Translations under genes and position numbers: made by a program
NCBI GenBank assembly: GCA_037189525.1
Contig: JBBCJC010000005.1
Location: 1,088,001 to 1,152,000 of the forward strand
Reading direction: 5' to 3'
From: Gemmatimonadales bacterium
Lineage (GTDB): Bacteria > Gemmatimonadota > Gemmatimonadetes > Gemmatimonadales > GWC2-71-9
DNA length: 64,000 nucleotides
The notes under the pieces: model-generated
What the model saw: the letters and a program-made list of their open reading frames with translations, nothing else
Database searches by the model: none
Told to the model about the DNA's origin: nothing
Shown: piece by piece, positions 58,724 through 64,000 of the stretch
Layout: every line of letters begins with the position of its first letter
Position numbering within the stretch: the stretch's first letter is position 1

Positions 58724-59977
58724 ATGGATACTCGACTGACTGCCCGTGAGGCAGCCTGCCGTATCGTTGGCGCCCTGGCGCCACAGCCGCCCCTCCGTGT
58801 GCCCCTCGAACGCGCGCTGGGCAGCGTGCTCGCGGAAACGATCACGAGCCCGATCGACGTCCCGTTCCGCACCAACGCCGCGATGGACGGCTATGCGGTG
58901 CGGAGCAGCGATGTGCTGGGCGCCTCTCCCGAAACACCGCGCCGCCTCACGGTGATCGAGCGGATTCCGGCCGGCGCCGTCCCGACCCGCACGATCGGCC
59001 CCGGACAGTGCGCCCGCATCTTCACCGGCGCGCCGGTGCCCGAGGGCGCCGATACGGTCATCCGGCAGGAAGACACCGATCTCGGAGAGCCGGAGGTTCT
59101 GATCGTCGCGGATCGCGACTGTCTGGCCAACCTGCGCCAGGCCGGCGAAGACATTCCCCGCGGCGCCGTCGTCTTCGGGCCCGGCACCGAATTGCGCCCG
59201 GCTCATCTCGGCGTGCTCGCCTCGCTCGCCGTCACCCATCCGCTGGTGTGGCGCCGTCCGCGCGTCGGGATTGCGGCCAGCGGCGACGAACTGGCCCGGC
59301 TCGACCAGCCCGACCTGATCCTGCGCGGCGAGCGAATTGCCAGTTCGAACACCTATACGCTTGCTGCGCTGATTCGGGAAACCGGCGGCGAACCGATCGA
59401 CCTGGGCCTGGCCCGCGATACCCCCGAGAGCATTCGCGCTCAGCTCGAACGGGCCGCCGAATGCGACCTCGTGATCACCAGCGCGGGGATCAGTGTCGGA
59501 GAACACGATCATTTGCGCGGCGTGATCGACGCGATGGGAGGGCGGATCGACTTCTGGCGGCTCCGGATGCGCCCCGGCGCTCCGGTCGGGTTTGGGCATC
59601 TCGGCGCAACGCCCTGGCTCGGTTTGCCCGGCAACCCCGTCAGTACCATGGTGACGTTCGAACTCTTTGGCCGCGCCGCCATCCGGGTGCTGATGGGGCA
59701 TCGCCTTCCCTTCCGCGATGCCATCCGGGTCCGCACCGGTGCGGCCATTTCGCTGGGACCGGTCCTGCAGCATTTCCTGCGGGTGTCGCTGAGCGGCGAC
59801 CCGATCTGCCCCACGACACGCGTCACCGGATCGCAGGGATCCGGGGTGCTGACCTCGATGGCGATGGCCGATGCGCTCCTGGTGGTCCCGGAAGGACAGC
59901 ACGAGACCCCGGCCGGCAGCGAGCTATCGGCTATCCGCCTCGACGAACCGACCCATCGGGCCGACCCGGCCTTCTAG
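58724..59977 (+). CDS. moeA: Molybdopterin molybdenumtransferase
   Basis: AAMDGYAVR, IFTGAPVPEGADTVIRQED, SGDEL, ISVGEHD, GLPGNPVS, QGSGVLTSM. Confidence 0.96.
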   Translation: MDTRLTAREAACRIVGALAPQPPLRVPLERALGSVLAETITSPIDVPFRTNAAMDGYAVRSSDVLGASPETPRRLTVIERIPAGAVPTRTIGPGQCARIFTGAPVPEGADTVIRQEDTDLGEPEVLIVADRDCLANLRQAGEDIPRGAVVFGPGTELRPAHLGVLASLAVTHPLVWRRPRVGIAASGDELARLDQPDLILRGERIASSNTYTLAALIRETGGEPIDLGLARDTPESIRAQLERAAECDLVITSAGISVGEHDHLRGVIDAMGGRIDFWRLRMRPGAPVGFGHLGATPWLGLPGNPVSTMVTFELFGRAAIRVLMGHRLPFRDAIRVRTGAAISLGPVLQHFLRVSLSGDPICPTTRVTGSQGSGVLTSMAMADALLVVPEGQHETPAGSELSAIRLDEPTHRADPAF

Positions 59978-62460
59978 GCGCGCGACAGACGATGGCGGGC
60001 CTGCACGGTCCGGTAATGATCCTTGCCCAGCGCCGCCTCGAGCGCAGCAACCGCACGCGTGCCGAGAGCTCGCCCCTCGTCCTCTTTGCCGTGGCGGGCC
60101 AGGAACTCACCCAGAAGGCTTTCCGCGTGCGCCGTGGCCCAGTGCCCCGGCGGCAAGGTGCGCTCCCGGAGACGTACCGCTTCGCGCAGCATCGCCTCGG
60201 CCCGCACCGGATCGCCGTCCCGCCCCAGACAGTCGCCCACGGCGAGATAGGCCGAGCCGAGCGAGAGTTCGCTTTCGGGCACCCGCTTGCCGCGCTCCGC
60301 GATGACCGGTTCGGCGAGCGTGACGGCCTCCCGGCAGCCGCCATGTTCCACGAGAACGTTGAGCAGGCCCCGCAAGCCGACCAGCGTGGCGGGATTGAAC
60401 GGCTCGAAGTGGTGGGACAGAATACGGTAGCTGCGCCGCGCCACCGACTCCGCTTCCTCCGGACGCCCGGCGTAAAGCAGGTTGATCGCAAAGGGCTGGA
60501 GAATGCTGCCGACCAGCGGATCGTCCGGCCCGCGCGCCTCCTCCGCCAGCGCAATGCTCTCCCGATGCAGCGGCTCGGCCTCGGCCAGCCGCCCGACTTC
60601 GGTCAGCAGGGTCGCATAGTTGGCGATGGAGACCGAACGCCGGCGTAGCGGCGCGCCGCCCCGCTGGCGCAGCAGGTCGACCACCCGCCCCTGCAGCGCG
60701 ATCGCTTCGGCATGGCGCCCCTGTTCGGACAACAACAGCGCCATCTCGGCCCAGCCGACCGCGATCTCCGCCGGATCGATATCGGGCAGCGACTCATACT
60801 GAGCCAATGACGTGCGCAGCAGCGATTCCGCCGCCGCCGGATGGCCGAGTGATCGTTCGACCATCGCGAGGTTGTATCGCGCGGTCGCGCCGGCCCACGA
60901 CACACGTCCGCTGTCCAGATCCGCCTGGAGCCGAAGCGCCTCACGAGACAACGGCTCTGCCCGGTCTATCAACCCCATGTCGAACAGCGTCGACGCCAGG
61001 ATACTCTTGACCGCGGCCCGTGCCGCCGCCTGATCGCGAAACGCCGAGTCGACTCGGGGCACGGCCGCATCGATGGCATCGACGACGGTGACCTGCCGCC
61101 CCAGTTGCTGCGGAGTCGCCGCGAGGAAGACGGAACGCAGAAACTCGGTGACGCTCTCCGCCTTGGCCCACTCTAATTCCGCGCGATCACGTTCGGCATG
61201 CGCCCGGCCCGCCTGCCACAGACTGACGACCGTTCCCGCCAGCAACGCAATCACCGCCACCACCACCGCAGCGACCGCCGCACGGTTCCTCCGCACCAGC
61301 TTGCCGATCCGGTAGCGGAACGAGTCCGGAGTGGCCTGGACCGGCAGACCCGCCAGAAACCGCAACACGTCCTCGGCCATAGCCTCGACTGAGGAATAGC
61401 GCCGTTCCGGTTCCTTCCGGAGCGCCATCATCACGATGTCGTCGAGCTCACCTTCGAGCGCGCGTTGCAGCCGTCGGGTGGTCGGCTCCGCCGTCGACGA
61501 CACTGTTTCCGCCGCCACCGCCCGGCTGGGCAGATCGGGTACCGACTCCGCGATCCGGCGACGCGCTTCGAGTACCGAGAGATTAGCCACGTCGAACGGC
61601 GGCCGCCCGGTCAGCAGTTCGTAGAGAAGCACACCAAGCGAATAGACATCGCTCGTTGTCGTCACGGAATCGCCGGCCAGCTGCTCGGGACTGGCATACG
61701 CCGTCGTCATGGGCGCGACGCCGGTCTGGGTCATCGGCTCGGCCTCAGACTCCTCCGGATCGAGTACCTTGGCAATCCCGAAGTCGAGCAGCTTGACCGT
61801 GCCATCGGCGCTGACCAGGATGTTGCTCGGCTTGATGTCGCGGTGGACGACCAGATTCTGATGGGCGTACTGGACCGCGGCGCAGACCTGCCGGAAGAGC
61901 CGCAACCGATCGTGGACACTCAGCTGCGCAGCGGCGCAGTAGCGATCGATTCGCTCGCCTTCGACGTACTCCATCACGAAGTACGGTTGACCGTCGTCGG
62001 TCACCCCTCCGTCGAGCAGCGCGGCGATGTTCCGATGCTCGAGCCGGGCCAGGATCTGACGCTCGTAGCGGAAGCGGCGGAGAATGGCGTCGGAATCCCG
62101 ACCGCGCGCCACCATCTTGACCGCAACTCGTTTGTGAAAGTCGGCGTCGGCCCGGTGCGCCTCGTACACGGCGCCCATACCACCCCGACCGATCGGCCGG
62201 ATGATCTGATATGGGCCGACCCGCCAGTCCGCCGGCTCGAGCCCATCATCCGACGTCAGCGCTTCGAGCGGTGAGCGTTCGAAACGGTCGCCGACCGCGC
62301 CGGCGGCCGCCAGCAACGCTTCGACCTCGGCCCGGAGCGCCGGATCGCCGAACGTCATTTCTTCCAGTCGGAGGGCGCGTTCATCGATTGGCAGGTCGGA
62401 GAGCTCTGCAAAGGCGGCCTTCACCAGGCGCCACCGCTCGGGGGTCAGGGGCGTCGTCAC
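59974..62460 (-). CDS. Membrane Hanks-type Ser/Thr protein kinase with C-terminal TPR repeats
   Basis: IGRGGMGAVY, VAVK, HRDIKPSN, LLDFGIAK, YASPEQ, SDVYSLG, TM helix, TPR-like helices; GGAGG RBS before GTG 62460. Confidence 0.94.
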   Translation of the reverse strand: MTTPLTPERWRLVKAAFAELSDLPIDERALRLEEMTFGDPALRAEVEALLAAAGAVGDRFERSPLEALTSDDGLEPADWRVGPYQIIRPIGRGGMGAVYEAHRADADFHKRVAVKMVARGRDSDAILRRFRYERQILARLEHRNIAALLDGGVTDDGQPYFVMEYVEGERIDRYCAAAQLSVHDRLRLFRQVCAAVQYAHQNLVVHRDIKPSNILVSADGTVKLLDFGIAKVLDPEESEAEPMTQTGVAPMTTAYASPEQLAGDSVTTTSDVYSLGVLLYELLTGRPPFDVANLSVLEARRRIAESVPDLPSRAVAAETVSSTAEPTTRRLQRALEGELDDIVMMALRKEPERRYSSVEAMAEDVLRFLAGLPVQATPDSFRYRIGKLVRRNRAAVAAVVVAVIALLAGTVVSLWQAGRAHAERDRAELEWAKAESVTEFLRSVFLAATPQQLGRQVTVVDAIDAAVPRVDSAFRDQAAARAAVKSILASTLFDMGLIDRAEPLSREALRLQADLDSGRVSWAGATARYNLAMVERSLGHPAAAESLLRTSLAQYESLPDIDPAEIAVGWAEMALLLSEQGRHAEAIALQGRVVDLLRQRGGAPLRRRSVSIANYATLLTEVGRLAEAEPLHRESIALAEEARGPDDPLVGSILQPFAINLLYAGRPEEAESVARRSYRILSHHFEPFNPATLVGLRGLLNVLVEHGGCREAVTLAEPVIAERGKRVPESELSLGSAYLAVGDCLGRDGDPVRAEAMLREAVRLRERTLPPGHWATAHAESLLGEFLARHGKEDEGRALGTRAVAALEAALGKDHYRTVQARHRLSRA

Positions 62461-62491
62461 ACGTCCCTCCGGCATTCCGGCATCGACCGGA

Positions 62492-63055
62492 TCATGGGCC
62501 GAGCCGATGCTGCAGCCAGGCCCGCGCCAGAGCCCAATCGCGCTTGACCGTTGCAGTCGAGATGCCGAGCACGGCCGCCGCCTCTTCGATCGAGAATCCC
62601 GCGAAGTAACGCAACTCCACCAGCTTGGCCTGACGTGGATCCAGCTTTGCAAGCTGCGCAAGCGCTTCGTCGACCGCCACGATCTCGTCGGACGACATCT
62701 CGTCCGGCAGGTCCGCATCGGTATCGAGGGTGACCTGATGCTGCCGACCCCGTTTGCGCGCGCTGCGGCGCCGGGCATGATCGACCAGGATCCGGCGCAT
62801 GGCCTGGGCCGCGATCCCGAAGAAATGCGAGCGCCCGGCCCAATTGACCGAGTGCTGCCCGACGAGGCGAAGGAAGACTTCGTGAACCAGCGCCGTCGGA
62901 CTCAGGGTGTGATCGCCCCGCTCGCGGCGCAGGTGGCTGGCGGCGAGGAGCCTGAGCTCGTCGTAGACCAGGGGTAACAGACGGTCGAGCGCTTCCGACT
63001 CGCCGTCCGAGACGAGGGCGAGCAGTTGCGTGACTTCGGACTGAGAAGAATCCAC
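62492..63055 (-). CDS. ECF sigma factor of the kinase-associated type
   Basis: LLPLVYDELR, HTLSPTALVHE, MRRILVDHARR, VELRYFAG, TVKRDWALARAWL. Confidence 0.92.
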   Translation of the reverse strand: MDSSQSEVTQLLALVSDGESEALDRLLPLVYDELRLLAASHLRRERGDHTLSPTALVHEVFLRLVGQHSVNWAGRSHFFGIAAQAMRRILVDHARRRSARKRGRQHQVTLDTDADLPDEMSSDEIVAVDEALAQLAKLDPRQAKLVELRYFAGFSIEEAAAVLGISTATVKRDWALARAWLQHRLGP

Positions 63056-63201
63056 GGGTGGCCGCTGAGTGACTCATAATACTTTGCCCCATGATTCCAG
63101 CCGTCAAGTCGCCTCGCTGAGGACGCCTCGAATTCACGCGCAGAATCGGGCACGATTGGCTCAGCAGCACCCGAGGGCGCCGGAGCGGACCTCTACAACG
63201 C

Positions 63202-63226
63202 AAAAGGGAGGCCGGAGGCCTCCCTT
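63202..63226 (-). terminator. Rho-independent terminator
   Basis: Stem AAGGGAGGCC / GGCCTCCCTT with a T-run on the minus strand, about 25 nt after the stop at 63252. Confidence 0.75.
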
Positions 63227-63251
63227 CTCTACCGATATCCCGTACCCGCCG

Positions 63252-64000
63252 TTACGTCGGACTGCGAAGTTCCCGAAGCACCGACTCGACGTCCACCTTG
63301 GCCGCTCGATCCTGGACCTTCGATTCGAGCGACGGGAAAAGCTGCTGAGCGTCCTCGCGCAGCCGGAGAAAGAGCTGCTTGAGATCGCCCGCGCTCAGCG
63401 TCCGACCCTGGGTGTAGTACTGCCTGGTGGCGTGCCCGAGCGCATAGGTGGTTGCAAAGGTCAGTGCCGCACCGGTCGCCGCCCCAACCAGACCACCGGC
63501 AAGGCGGCCGAGCAGACCACGGGTCAGGCCACCCAGGAGCTTCCGGGCGACCCCCTCCATGACCTGTCCACTGGCCACGACACCCATCGCCGCGACCAGA
63601 TCCTTGGCCTGGTCCATGTCGAGAGACTGCCCGTAGTCACGACCGATCCGATAGACCATTCGCAGCTGCAGCGGCACGATCCCCAACGTGGCCAACCCCT
63701 GCGGCAACAGTTCCAGCGCCGCCGAGAGTACGGCATTGTCGAGGATCAACCGATCCATCTCGGCGGGCGTCATCGTGCCAGCCACGACCACCGCGTCGGG
63801 CACCGCCGAAGACGCCTCGGCCACATCCGCCGCTCGCCGAATCTCGGGCGCCTCGCTGCCGTTGCGCTCGAGCAGGTGACTCAACTGGCGGAGAAACGCC
63901 TGCTCGCTCTCGGTAGCCACACCGTCGGCGTGGATGACCGACGACGCCAACTCGAGTGCCGCCGCCCTGGCTTCGGGGCCTGACAGCTGCGCAACCAGGC
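63252..64000 (-). CDS. TerB-like plus DUF697/DUF533-like protein, 5' end outside the window
   Basis: 'ADGVATESEQAFL' TerB-like motif, 'LPQGLATLGIVPLQLRMVYRIG..YG', Gly-rich 'FATTYALG'; frame open to the window edge. Confidence 0.65.
   Translation of the reverse strand, partial: LVAQLSGPEARAAALELASSVIHADGVATESEQAFLRQLSHLLERNGSEAPEIRRAADVAEASSAVPDAVVVAGTMTPAEMDRLILDNAVLSAALELLPQGLATLGIVPLQLRMVYRIGRDYGQSLDMDQAKDLVAAMGVVASGQVMEGVARKLLGGLTRGLLGRLAGGLVGAATGAALTFATTYALGHATRQYYTQGRTLSAGDLKQLFLRLREDAQQLFPSLESKVQDRAAKVDVESVLRELRSPT

Noticed and set aside
1..64000. tRNA, rRNA, transposase, integrase or prophage genes
   Set aside because: None recognised by eye; tRNAscan-SE, Infernal and ISEScan would be needed to exclude them formally.

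Overview
High-GC bacterial chromosomal window. The gene families (PadR plus duplicated MacB-like orphan permeases, ECF sigma/Ser-Thr kinase pair, carboxypeptidase-regulatory/plug proteins) suggest a Gemmatimonadota-like organism; this is inference only. Housekeeping blocks: glmM-glmS, purD-mutM-UvrC-like, ubiD-ubiA-ubiX plus ubiE (menaquinone, futalosine-type organisation), transporters, ECF/anti-sigma, Mrp/NifU, nrnA, guaB and gpmI-queD-mobA-mobB-moeA. Two accessory patches interrupt them (about 10.0-24.3 kb and 36.8-40.7 kb). The most unusual locus is 18.5-20.0 kb, where an orphan all-helical protein gene is preceded by a ~290-nt hairpin-rich leader and a ~440-bp array of 20-21 degenerate, phased 21-nt units (consensus GGA-N3-G-N2-R-N-CGR-N7). 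Other notable items: a lower-GC pair of RxxxxH HEPN-like genes (one frameshifted), possible decayed integron-cassette boundaries around the first HEPN gene and a HIT gene, a DP[N/S]RPN repeat protein between two DUF892 ferritin-like paralogues (one with altered metal ligands), and a truncated TonB-dependent receptor tail. No tRNA, rRNA, CRISPR array or transposase was recognised. All calls come from reading motifs; no database searches were run.
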